Shown here piece after piece: positions 47,875 through 57,875 of a stretch of DNA of 64,000 nucleotides (position 1 is the first letter of the stretch; every line of letters starts with the position of its first letter). Location of the stretch: contig JAKMXF010000222.1 in the NCBI GenBank assembly GCA_024704765.1, positions 1,281,192 to 1,345,191 of the forward strand. The letters are read 5' to 3'. The DNA is from Oopsacas minuta. Lineage: Eukaryota; Animalia; Porifera. The notes beneath the pieces are model-generated. The model saw nothing but the letters and a program-made list of their open reading frames with translations. It had not been told where the DNA came from and searched no databases. The position numbers and the translations under genes are program-made.

Positions 47875-49641
47875 ATGTCGCAACATGCACTTCTCCCAAA
47901 AATGCCAGTACCAACTTTGGCTGATACGCTCAAAAGATTCTTAACAGCTCTGAAGCCCCTTCTAACTTACTCGAAATTCGAAGAAACTGTCCGAAAAACA
48001 GACTCATTCGCAAAAGAACATGGCCCTTATCTTCAAGATAAGCTAGTGAAATTATCAGAAGAAGTTGATAATTGGGCGGGATATGTATCCGTACATGTCA
48101 GATATCTTGCCAATAGATCTCCTCTCATATTGACTAATGGTGCAGGCGCTACTTTTGTACCAGCAATAGGTAGTCCTGAAGAATCTATACTTACACTCTT
48201 ATCATACTATATTGCTGAGACTTGTGCATTAAATGAGAATATCCGGAATCATAAATTACCACAACAAATGTTTGATAACGAACCATTATGTATGGCACAA
48301 TACAACAATCTCTTTTGTTCGTGTAGAATACCTGGTATAAAAATAGATACATTCAAGCACTCACCGCATAGTAAGCATATAGTAGTAATGTATGCAGGGA
48401 GTATGTACAAGGTACCCATGTACAGTGGAGACAAGCTGATTAATCTGCAGGAGATTCATAATCTCCTCTCTCAGGTACTTGAACAGAGAGAAGAGGGGAA
48501 GAGTGTAGGTCTGTTAACAGCTCTGGACAGAGACACCTGGTATACTACAAGGGCGCATTTGAAACTGTCTCCCATTAACACAGCCTCCTTAGAAATCATG
48601 GAGGGATGTATTATTGTAATTAGCATTGATGACTTTGGAATGGCAAATTTATCTCACGGTGATAAGTTAAAGTATACAATATTCTGCGATTTCGAGAACA
48701 ATTTTCCAAATTTTAATCGATGGTACGGAACTTCTCTACAAACAATAATTTCAAAAGACGGTTATTTCTGTAGCACCAATGAGCACTCACTATTTGACGG
48801 AACTATAGGGAGTGACAGAGATCAATATGATCCTGTCACTCTAATTGAAGATTCTGAGATACAATCTAATTTGAAAATAGAGTTGTTACAATGGGAAATC
48901 TCTCCGTTTATTCAATCAAAAATTGATGAATCTAGACTAGAGCTGAGCAAGATTTCTGAATACTATGATACTAAGACTTTTAATTTCCCTGATTATGGGA
49001 GGGATTTTTTTAGCAATCACGGTTTATACTACCAAGGTTATATGCAGTTAGCTTTCCAATTGGCTTATTTCAAATTATACAATAGATTGTGTCCAAGTTA
49101 TCAACCCGTTAGCCTCAGGAAGTATCGTGGCGGTCGGCTAGAACATCCTCACGTCGTGAGTGAAGAGTCGAAAGCATTTGTTGAAGCAATGGTGAACTCA
49201 CAGTCAAGCAGCAAGGATAAATACAAACTAATGAACCTTGCTTTGAACAGACACAAAGAGTTAATGGCTGATGCAAGCCAAGGACAAGCCTATTGTAAAC
49301 ACTTGCTAGGTCTTAAAATGTTAGCAGAGGAGGAAAATATGAATTTGGAAATATTTCAGGATGAATGTTTCAATGTGTTCACTCAACACAATTTAGCCAC
49401 AAGTGGTATGCCCATTATAGTGCCTATTTTGAGTAATCATCCTGTTCATAGTGGAAATGGCCATTTTGTTGTCTTTAAACCGGAGAATGAGTCATTAAAC
49501 TACAACGTTACAACTCTCGTACATTCTTCTGAATATACAAATTCTACTGAATTTGGTTCTGCAATAGCCAAATCTTTGATTGAGATCAAACGACTTGTAC
49601 TTGCCCAAGCAACTGATGGAATATTGCAATCAAAGCTGTAA
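47875..49641 (+). CDS. Choline/carnitine O-acyltransferase-family protein with a PTS1 (-SKL), divergent acceptor site
   Basis: LPKMPVPTL..TL, DNW, NRW, catalytic EHSLFDG, QLAFQLAY, KHLLGLK, ATS; ends QSKL. Confidence 0.9.
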   Translation: MSQHALLPKMPVPTLADTLKRFLTALKPLLTYSKFEETVRKTDSFAKEHGPYLQDKLVKLSEEVDNWAGYVSVHVRYLANRSPLILTNGAGATFVPAIGSPEESILTLLSYYIAETCALNENIRNHKLPQQMFDNEPLCMAQYNNLFCSCRIPGIKIDTFKHSPHSKHIVVMYAGSMYKVPMYSGDKLINLQEIHNLLSQVLEQREEGKSVGLLTALDRDTWYTTRAHLKLSPINTASLEIMEGCIIVISIDDFGMANLSHGDKLKYTIFCDFENNFPNFNRWYGTSLQTIISKDGYFCSTNEHSLFDGTIGSDRDQYDPVTLIEDSEIQSNLKIELLQWEISPFIQSKIDESRLELSKISEYYDTKTFNFPDYGRDFFSNHGLYYQGYMQLAFQLAYFKLYNRLCPSYQPVSLRKYRGGRLEHPHVVSEESKAFVEAMVNSQSSSKDKYKLMNLALNRHKELMADASQGQAYCKHLLGLKMLAEEENMNLEIFQDECFNVFTQHNLATSGMPIIVPILSNHPVHSGNGHFVVFKPENESLNYNVTTLVHSSEYTNSTEFGSAIAKSLIEIKRLVLAQATDGILQSKL

Positions 49642-49983
49642 TTTGACTTCAAATTTTACCTAGTTTGTAGATTTTACAAAATTTGCAGTATATGTACTTT
49701 GTTAATTCAACGAAATGTTGCACTTTCATTTTATAGCCATTTTTATATACTTCCAATTTTGAATTTAATCACCATGTGCATATTTTAATTTCTAGTGATG
49801 TGTTAACAATCAAAGTTGGGTCCGTTCATAACTTCATATAATAAGGATTCCGGGAGACCAATTGATTATTTTGGAATTGATTTTGGAGCTACGATAACCA
49901 GATTGGTAGGGACATAGCCTCACCAACCTACCGGTGCCCACACCCATGCATAGTAGAAAAATTCTTTCCCATTTTATAATAAA

Positions 49984-50164
49984 CGAGTATGCTTCGCTTG
50001 CTCGTGCTGCGTGGCTTGCGGTAATTTCGTGTTTGTACTGGGCTCGGCACTTCGTGCCTAAAATTAACCTAAAGTGTAACAATATCAAAATGTATGAAAT
50101 TTATATTAAACAAATGTACAAACAGACGCACAACACACACAGTCTCATTATTTAATAATATAGA
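49984..50164 (-). mobile_element. Short Helitron family C
   Basis: On the minus strand: A|TCTATATTATTAAAT...gagcaagcgaagcataCTCG|T. Confidence 0.75.
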
Positions 50165-50639
50165 TTAGGGCTTTTAAATTTCCTTCAATACGAAACTATG
50201 TAGTATAGTTAAATAGTTATGCCTCCTTCGAATCAGAATTATATCATTTTATTGTTATGCTCTCTTTGCTGGATGAAAATATAAATATACATAACTCGTG
50301 TACAGTTTTAAAAGCGTTAAATATAGAAATATGAGTACCGAATATCCAGCTAATTTCGCAAAAGTATATACGTAATTATGCCACATCTCAGAATTGTGAA
50401 ATTCAATTCAAAATAGCATACCATTAATAATTTTCTTGACAACGGACAACAGAGTAATAAACTCTAATTGGGATTGTATAATACACGTAAATAACTTTAC
50501 TCTTATCACATTATCTTACAATGGTATACAAAACTAATACCCATTTGTATATATCTAGCACACTTTAAGGCCTAGACTACATGCTAAAAACTAAAATAAC
50601 ACACACACACACACACAGCATAATACCGTTTCGTTGGTA

Positions 50640-51298
50640 TTATGCTGTAGATAGGAAGAACATAGCCATAGCAGCTAGCAATAGCAACCAGCTAGTTATA
50701 GCTATAGTATCAGCTGAGCTGGTTCTAACACCTTCTGGACATGCAGTACAGTCGAATTGGATACAATCCTCAGGTAGTCTGAAGTCAGAAAATGCTGGTG
50801 CTTCGTTACTGTAGCTATTGATAGTTATTACGGTGGTTGAAAAGTAGCAGTTTCAGTGTATTCTGTGGGTAGTCCATCGACTATTACGACCTGATGCGTA
50901 TTAAATATGTTGGAAACTGTGAATGTTCCAGCTGGACTTTCTGTAGCCCTTTGAAAAATATCCCAAGTGCTTTCATTGACAGAGAATGGGGATATACTCA
51001 AAGAGTCTGCTATTGTACGCACGCACGTATCAACCGTGTTAGAGTATTCTGCTGAATCATTTACACTAGCGACCTGAACTGTAGTGGGAGTTGTGAACAA
51101 TATACGTTGAGTTGAAACTACCGATTGAAGACCCCTTGAGATGTCGTTATATACGTTGTAGCACGGGTTACTAGTTACCAAACCGAAAGTGGTTGATTCA
51201 CTTGACCCTTGGAAGGAAAAGCTACCAGAGAGTTGAGGGAATTGTGCATTCGTAATGGCCAGCAGTACTATGAAGCAGAGCAACACGGCGCTGTTCAT
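50640..51298 (-). pseudogene. Secreted ependymin-related/LolA-fold-like protein with a GPI-type C-terminus, broken by a 1-bp frameshift (or an assembly error)
   Basis: Signal peptide MNSAVLLCFIVLLAITNA; adding one base in the 4-nt run at 50840-50843 reads on through TVITINSYSNEAPAFSDFRLPEDC...TSSADTIAITSWLLLLAAMAMFFLSTA* (219 aa). Confidence 0.6.
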
Positions 51299-52531
51299 AT
51301 TTATATCTAGAAATATTACGATTTAATATTATTGATTTTTGAACCGAATACGGTCGAAGTGTTAGGTTAGTAATGCAAAGGAACACTAAATTTACCACTT
51401 CGTTTTAACCAATTTCCGAACCAAAAACAAGATTTTTGACCTCATCAAATCACACATTTTCCCGGCAGTATTCTGTTAACAGAATCAAATATTATTTATT
51501 ACTAGCGTGCATCGCTTGCTAGGTCGTGATTCAATTTCAACCATCTATCATTTATATTGGCTGAGCAGTGGCTAACAATGTGATTTCTCAAACTTGACTC
51601 GTCCGAACCAAGCCCAAAATACCCCTGTATGGCAAAATCAGCCCTGGGGGCCTTCCAGTTTGTTCAATCAATTTCGAACATACAAACATATATATAGAGA
51701 TTAATTGCGTTTTATTAGTATGGATTACGTATATAACATACTATATCTGTTCCTACTTGGCTTGGAGCATATATTATTTCTTTATATATTTCAGTATTAG
51801 ACTGGCTCTGATAGTTCTAGAAGGATTTTATACTGTTCACTAATTGAGTTTAATGCAATGTGATCATTTGTACTGCCTTGAGGCTATTATGTTTGACAGC
51901 ACACCGGGACACATTCTCCCAAGTCAGATTTATCCATTACGTATGCTATCAATTATTCCTCCTGATAATGTTTTCAATCTTTATACGTACTTACGTATGC
52001 TTTCCTTCTAAATTCTTACGTATGCTATCAATCTGTACTCTTGGTATGCTATTAAATCATAACTTCTAATCAGGATGTATTGATAGATAATTCCACGAGC
52101 CACACTAGATTTTTTCAGCGACTGAACATGGCTAATCGTGTTTCTAAGTTAGCTATGCGGGTTTTGTAATCCAGTATCTCAGTAGAGAGCGAGAGGCATT
52201 TTATAACCTTTAATGCTCGGAACATTATAATTTAACAACGAAATCAATGTTACCAGACGCTGTGTAACCTGTATCAGTAGTCTTATAGGGTATACAAACA
52301 ACATAATTTAATGAATTACATCATGACCTTTTCTACAAGAATCTCCCAATATTAAATCCCGAGGCTAAATTAAGGATTCCCCATCTACAGTGGTTTAGCC
52401 CCACCACCCATATCAATTTTACAAAGCTGGTTATCCCACTGTTAGCAGGACAAAATTCTGTTTCGGCCTCTCTTGATAGATAAATATTACTTGTATCACA
52501 GCAACTAGATTTATCCTTCCTAATATTTTTA

Positions 52532-53917
52532 ATGGCATCAATACCTCCTAACACCACTCTAAGTCTCAGCAAGGAGAGTCATGTTCTCGTGTTAGGAACT
52601 GGGTACGTAGCAGAACCCTGTATCCAGTTCCTAAACAGAGACCCACTGATAAGACTAACTGTTGCTTCCAACGAAGAATCTAAACTGAGTATGTTGGAGA
52701 AGAAATACTCCTGCAATACATGTTTACTAATATTACCAGCTGAACGTGATAAGCTACCAGGGTTAGTACAAAAGTATGACGTCATAATTAGCCTCCTACC
52801 TAAATTCCTACATGCCATTGTTGTTGAGGTTGTTGTAGAGCAGAGAAAACATATGGTTACCTCCAGCTACGTGTCAGAGGAAATGCGTAAGTTCGATTCT
52901 CTCGCTAAGGGGAGAAATTTGATTCTACTGAATGAAATGGGGCTAGATCCTGGTATCGATCATATGCTAGCTCTGAGAGAGATACAACAAGTACATGATC
53001 AAGGAGGTAAGATTATTAGTTATACTTCTTGGGCTGGTGGTCTCCCTGCTCCAGAGAGTGCTGACAATCCTCTCAAATATAAATTCACATGGGCTCCTAT
53101 TGGTATGCTGACTAACATATGGAATCCTATGAAGTATCTGAAAGAAGGCCATATAATTACAGGAGAGGGAGGGACTGTAATAGAACATCTTGATAATATA
53201 CAAGTTACAAAAGAATTGAGATTCGAAGTATTCCCTAATCGTGATTCTCTGGTATACAAAGACGAGTATAAAATACATAATGCTACTACAGTGATACGAG
53301 GATCACTCAGATACCCCGGACACATGAAGGTACTTAATGCTCTGAAAGACCTGAAGCTAATTGACAGATCTCCTCTCCAGCACTCACACTCAAATACCTG
53401 GAGCAGTTACCTACTGAATGTACTCGGAAGAGTACAGGAAGAGAGAGATAAATTGGTTCAGATTGTTACAGAGATATTAGGAGATACAGGGTTAGTTGAT
53501 GTTGTTGGGGAATTAGGACTCCTATCTGATACACCTATAGAGGTACTGTCCTCTCCAGTAGAGACACTAGCTCGATTCGTTGAGGATAAATACCCTCTCA
53601 AGAGTGATGAGCGTGATTTAGTAGTGCTGCTGAATACTATTGTAGCTGAGTATTCAGAGGGTGAAAGAACTCGTATAACTGCTGCTTTAATAGAGTATGG
53701 CATAGTTAATGGATTCTCCGCAATGTCTCGATGTGTCGGATTGACAGCTGCTATTGGTTGTAAAATGGTTCTTCTAGGAATGATAGCAGAAACAGGAGTA
53801 ATTACCCCTTCACATCCTCTCATTATTCAGACTGCTCTTCAGGTACTGGAGTCAGAAGGGTTGTCATTCAAAGTTAAACGAGAGGACATTTCTCAGAAGT
53901 TACAAATGTATTCATAA
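52532..53917 (+). CDS. Saccharopine dehydrogenase (AASS SDH-domain-like), stand-alone ORF
   Basis: VLVLGTGYVAEP, ISLLP..LH, NEMGLDPGIDHMLA, GGLPAPE.ADNPLKYKFTW, PNRDS, RGSLRY and GFSAM.R.VG motifs. Confidence 0.92.
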   Translation: MASIPPNTTLSLSKESHVLVLGTGYVAEPCIQFLNRDPLIRLTVASNEESKLSMLEKKYSCNTCLLILPAERDKLPGLVQKYDVIISLLPKFLHAIVVEVVVEQRKHMVTSSYVSEEMRKFDSLAKGRNLILLNEMGLDPGIDHMLALREIQQVHDQGGKIISYTSWAGGLPAPESADNPLKYKFTWAPIGMLTNIWNPMKYLKEGHIITGEGGTVIEHLDNIQVTKELRFEVFPNRDSLVYKDEYKIHNATTVIRGSLRYPGHMKVLNALKDLKLIDRSPLQHSHSNTWSSYLLNVLGRVQEERDKLVQIVTEILGDTGLVDVVGELGLLSDTPIEVLSSPVETLARFVEDKYPLKSDERDLVVLLNTIVAEYSEGERTRITAALIEYGIVNGFSAMSRCVGLTAAIGCKMVLLGMIAETGVITPSHPLIIQTALQVLESEGLSFKVKREDISQKLQMYS

Positions 53918-53996
53918 TCAGAGCAAATATTTTACCTAGTTTTAAATTATTTCTTTATATTAAATTAGATTTATCCCATTGTAATTCTATTAATTA

Positions 53997-54292
53997 CGAG
54001 CCTTTGGCTCGTCGCATTACGCCTCGAGGTATTCAACGGACAAACAAACAAACAGACAAACAACATTTGAGATGTAATAATATTGATGTTGTTTGCAATA
54101 TTCAGACTCAGCATACTCAATTACCCTAGTATACTCGTTAAAGTATGATTCTACCTCAATTTTGAAATTTGTTTACTTTATATTCATAAAAACAACAGTA
54201 AATTTACATATGAGACACTTGAAATGCGAAATTCGGATTCAGCATACTTAGTTACTCCTGGGTAGCCGTTTAGAGCACACCTGTACGTATTT
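53997..54292 (-). mobile_element. Helitron family A, copy 4 (5'-truncated)
   Basis: Reverse complement ends cgacgagccaaaggCTCG|T and matches the internal segments of copies 1 and 5. Confidence 0.8.
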
Positions 54293-54525
54293 TTTTTGTT
54301 GATAACCCAGACCCTTATTTTTGTTAGCTAACGCATAACTTTTGACTTAGAGTTACACTTTGCTTTAATTTATTATTCGCCCTGACCTTTCCTATTCTGA
54401 GATTCTATGAACGGTAGGGTGTAGTATACTCAGGCACGTAGCTACGGGGGGCAAGGGGGGGCGGTCGCCCCCCAAAAGTTTTTCTCGCCCCCCCAGATAA
54501 ATTTGGAAGTTTTCGTTTTTATATA

Positions 54526-54666
54526 CAATGTAGTTAGCTTATTAGTAATATTGCTCTATTAGCAACCAGCTTTCGGGTCCCAAACGGGATTATAATGTTA
54601 ATTTCGTTGCCCTATTAGCAACCAAATCTCTGCAAAATCCGAGTTGCTAATAAGCGAACTCCACTG
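54526..54666. mobile_element. pogo/Tigger-like MITE nested in the 5' non-coding arm of the hAT
   Basis: TA|CAATGTAGTTAGCTTATTAG...CTAATAAGCGAACTCCACTG|TA; the TIRs match at 19/23. Confidence 0.75.
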
Positions 54667-55056
54667 TAATTAATAGTCTATGTACTTCAACTGCATCGTC
54701 AAAACTATGAAATTAATAACTCGCGTTGCGATGATGGTTTTAATACTAGACAGGAAGTAACGCTCATTGATAGTAAACTTGTTCTATTTTGACAGGCACT
54801 GAATTTCTACTATAATTTTAATTGAATTACCACGACCGCTAGTAATTGTTGTCAGAAGTTAGACTGTCCATTGGAGTAATTGAAGCATTGGTGATGCTCT
54901 TAGGGTTTCAGTTTTCAAAGCTTGTTTTGAAATTTACACATGAGTGAAGCCAATTTCAGATATTCTCTATAAGTTATAAAGTCATTCTATATCTCAAATC
55001 TTTCACATTTTCTGTTCTTCAATCAGTTCAGTGACTCGTATCTCTAACAATTCTAG

Positions 55057-57375
55057 ATGACTAAAAGACTACAACAAAGCAAAGTTCAGGCATATTTTAA
55101 AAGAAATCGAATAGAAATCGAAGATCATGTCGTCTCTTCAAATTATGAGGAGGTAGAGCCTGTTGTTACGAGTCTTCAAGTTTCGACCCCTTTAACTTCC
55201 GATTTTTGTACAACTATTTCAACTCCAAGTTTAAACACGACTCATATACAATCACCAATTGTGACTGTAAATGATTTGTCCAAAAATGGTGAGAAACCGA
55301 GGCAGCCTTCTATTATCTTCCCAAAAAATAAGGCCGGTAGACATTTTAGTACTCATTGGTATGCCCAATTCTCCTGGATAGAGTATAGCAAAGAACTCGA
55401 TGCTATATTTTGCCAACCGTGTCGGCTTTTTGGAGGATCAACAGCTGAAGCAACGTTTTCAACAAAAGGACTTTGTGACTGGAGGAAACTTGGCGACAAG
55501 TGCAGGAAGCACGATAGTTCTGTGTGTCATATGGCAGCTGTTGAAACACAGAAAGTCTGGGCAATTCATCAAATAATAGGGACGGTAGATAAGCAACTGG
55601 ATCCAAATTTTCGAAATGAGAAATTCATAGATGACAATCGGAAACATTTAATGACTGTTCTTGACATTATTACTTTTTGTGCCAAACAAGATATTCCTCT
55701 TCGAGGAGATGATGAATCAGATCAGTCGCTTAATAAAGGGAACTTTCTTGAAATATTAGAACTTTTAGGAAAATATGATAGCAATGTGACCAAGAGGATA
55801 GAAAGTCTTCCAGGAAATGCAAAAATGCTAAGTCCAGATATTCAAAATGATTTGCTTACATCACTCGCTTCAGTGCTTCTAGACTATGTTAAAAGTGAAG
55901 TAGAAATCGCGTCTTGTTATGCTATTCTAGCTGACGAAGTAAAAGATGCATCTAAGAAGGAGTTGTTAGGTGCTTCTTTGCGATATATCCATAAAGGTAA
56001 TGTCCGAGAAAGAGCTATTGGCTTTATTGAATTGAAGGACATGGATGCGGGCACCATCTCTGAAAAACTGATAGAGCTACTTAAGCCTTTTGAGCTCGAT
56101 CCTCTGAAATGTGTAGGGCAGGGTTACGACGGGGCTAGTGTTATGTCAGGAATACACGGTGGTGTCCAAGCCCGCATGAAAGGAGCAGGTTATCGCAATG
56201 CCACATATGTTCATTGTGCTTCACATAGGCTTAACTTAGTATTAGCTGCAACTGCTGAACGACATCCTCTGATGAAATCTTTCTTTGATATATTGGATTT
56301 GACGTATTCGTTCATGAATGAAACAAAGCGACATGCAGTTTTCATAGACGTCCAGAATGAGCGCTATCCCAACGTCCAAGCTCTTGAACTTGCACGTTCA
56401 CGTAGTACTCGTTGGTCTTCCCGTTCTTTGGAGGTGGAAAGGTTTCTGCGTCGGTTTGATTGCATACTTGATACTTTAAGCATATTTGGAAATGATAATG
56501 ATGCAGACACAAGTTTAGCAGCTAAATCTTTACTAGGTAGTCTACAAACAAAGAAATTTATGACCATCTTAGTTTACTTTGGTAGGCTGTATGATTACTC
56601 TGATTTTTGCACTAAAGCTTTTCAGAAGTCGACAGCAACTGTTTCTTCTTGTTTGATATTACTTGCCGATCTGAGGGAAAGGTTGGTCAATTTCGATTTT
56701 GACAAGGTTGTCGAATATGTCAAAGATTTGTCCGGTAAATATGAAATCGAAAATTTTGATGTAAGAGACACAATCAGGCAACGGCGTCTTCCAGAAAGGT
56801 TTAGAGAAGGATATCTAAATAGCTCTGTTGGACACACAAACGCATCCAACTTTGAAGAGCTTGAAATATTGTTACGCCAAAATGTCCGCGAGATCTTAGC
56901 AGAATTGGATGCCCGTTTTGGTACAGATCAATCAGGCATCATGAAGGCTGCTGATTGCTGCTTACCAAGGTCTCAAAACTTTCTTAACAAACAGGAATTG
57001 AATACACTATCTGAACTGTATGCAATAGATATCAAAGATTGTGAAATAGAAGTTTTCCGTTCGTTTATTGCTCGGAAAGATGAATCTCAGCTAAATACTT
57101 TGATCGATGTACTGGATGTGATTGACAAAGATATTTTCCCTGATGTTTTCAACTTATACCAAATTCTTGTGACTATCCCTCAGACGTCTTGCAAGGTTGA
57201 GAGAATGTTCTCATCTATTAAGAGAATAAAAACACGTTTGCGCTCACAAATGACCACTGAGCGTCTCAACCATCTTGCCCTGTTATCTATTGAAAAAGAT
57301 ATTGCAGAAACACTTTGTTATAATGATGTGATCGAACATTTTAAGCAGATGAAGCACCGCCGCTTTCTTTTGTAA
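55057..57375 (+). CDS. hAT transposase (TTF-type Zn finger, DUF4371, dimerisation domain; ZMYM1-like)
   Basis: W..QFSWIEYS...FCQPC, LRGDDE..GNFLE.LELL, ILADEVKD (D), QGYDGASVM (D), HCASHRLNL (CxxH), TRWSS, and VERMFS (E). Confidence 0.95.
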   Translation: MTKRLQQSKVQAYFKRNRIEIEDHVVSSNYEEVEPVVTSLQVSTPLTSDFCTTISTPSLNTTHIQSPIVTVNDLSKNGEKPRQPSIIFPKNKAGRHFSTHWYAQFSWIEYSKELDAIFCQPCRLFGGSTAEATFSTKGLCDWRKLGDKCRKHDSSVCHMAAVETQKVWAIHQIIGTVDKQLDPNFRNEKFIDDNRKHLMTVLDIITFCAKQDIPLRGDDESDQSLNKGNFLEILELLGKYDSNVTKRIESLPGNAKMLSPDIQNDLLTSLASVLLDYVKSEVEIASCYAILADEVKDASKKELLGASLRYIHKGNVRERAIGFIELKDMDAGTISEKLIELLKPFELDPLKCVGQGYDGASVMSGIHGGVQARMKGAGYRNATYVHCASHRLNLVLAATAERHPLMKSFFDILDLTYSFMNETKRHAVFIDVQNERYPNVQALELARSRSTRWSSRSLEVERFLRRFDCILDTLSIFGNDNDADTSLAAKSLLGSLQTKKFMTILVYFGRLYDYSDFCTKAFQKSTATVSSCLILLADLRERLVNFDFDKVVEYVKDLSGKYEIENFDVRDTIRQRRLPERFREGYLNSSVGHTNASNFEELEILLRQNVREILAELDARFGTDQSGIMKAADCCLPRSQNFLNKQELNTLSELYAIDIKDCEIEVFRSFIARKDESQLNTLIDVLDVIDKDIFPDVFNLYQILVTIPQTSCKVERMFSSIKRIKTRLRSQMTTERLNHLALLSIEKDIAETLCYNDVIEHFKQMKHRRFLL

Positions 57376-57626
57376 TGTCAAATAGTATCCCTGAATTGAG
57401 TTTAGTATCTTAATAAATGCTCTTACTATAATGTAGACTAATCTAATGCTCCCTAGCCTAGTAATCTGGTACTTTATGAATTAAAAAGGTTATACATGTA
57501 AGAAAAGGAGACTGGGTCGTACTTGTTATACACAAGTAATTAACTTTTCAAAAATATTTATCCCTGCAATTGCCCTCCCGAAATACTTCTTGCCCCCCTG
57601 AATGTCTTGCTCTAGCTACGTGCCTG

Positions 57627-57875
57627 CTACACCCTACTGAACAGTATACTACACCCTAATGAACAGTATACTACACCCTACTGAACAGTATACTACACCC
57701 TACTGAACAGTATACTACACCCTACTGAACAGTATACTACACCCTACTGTACAGTATACTACACCCTACTGAACAGTATACTACACCCTACTGAACAGTA
57801 TACTACACCCTACTGTACAGTATACTACACCCTACTGTACAGTATACTACACCCTACTGTACAGTATACTACACC
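57627..57875. repeat. 22-bp minisatellite, 11 full units plus a partial, abutting the hAT right TIR
   Basis: Unit ctacaccctactg(a/t)acagtata, contiguous, no spacers. Confidence 0.97.

Larger units (their letters stand above)
54431..57626 (+). mobile_element. Full-length, apparently autonomous hAT transposon (3196 bp)
   Basis: 14-bp perfect TIR caggcacgtagcta / tagctacgtgcctg, G/C-run subterminal motifs (ggggggcaag at both ends), intact transposase. Confidence 0.92.

Noticed and set aside
50581-50814. 77-aa + strand ORF
   Set aside because: Antisense to the frameshifted 3' part of the ependymin-like gene and starts in an (AC)n run.
52579-53823. Several minus-strand ORFs over the SDH gene (likewise over POLE2, TPRKB, CTU1, BOLA3 and the transposase)
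   Set aside because: Antisense shadows of well-supported genes.
57627-57875. 22-bp array as a CRISPR array
   Set aside because: Units are contiguous with no unique spacers, there are no cas genes, and the context is eukaryotic.
57627-57875. 22-bp array as telomeric repeat (contains tagggtgt/cccta)
   Set aside because: It is interstitial, is not the metazoan TTAGGG repeat, and the resemblance to long yeast telomere units is superficial.
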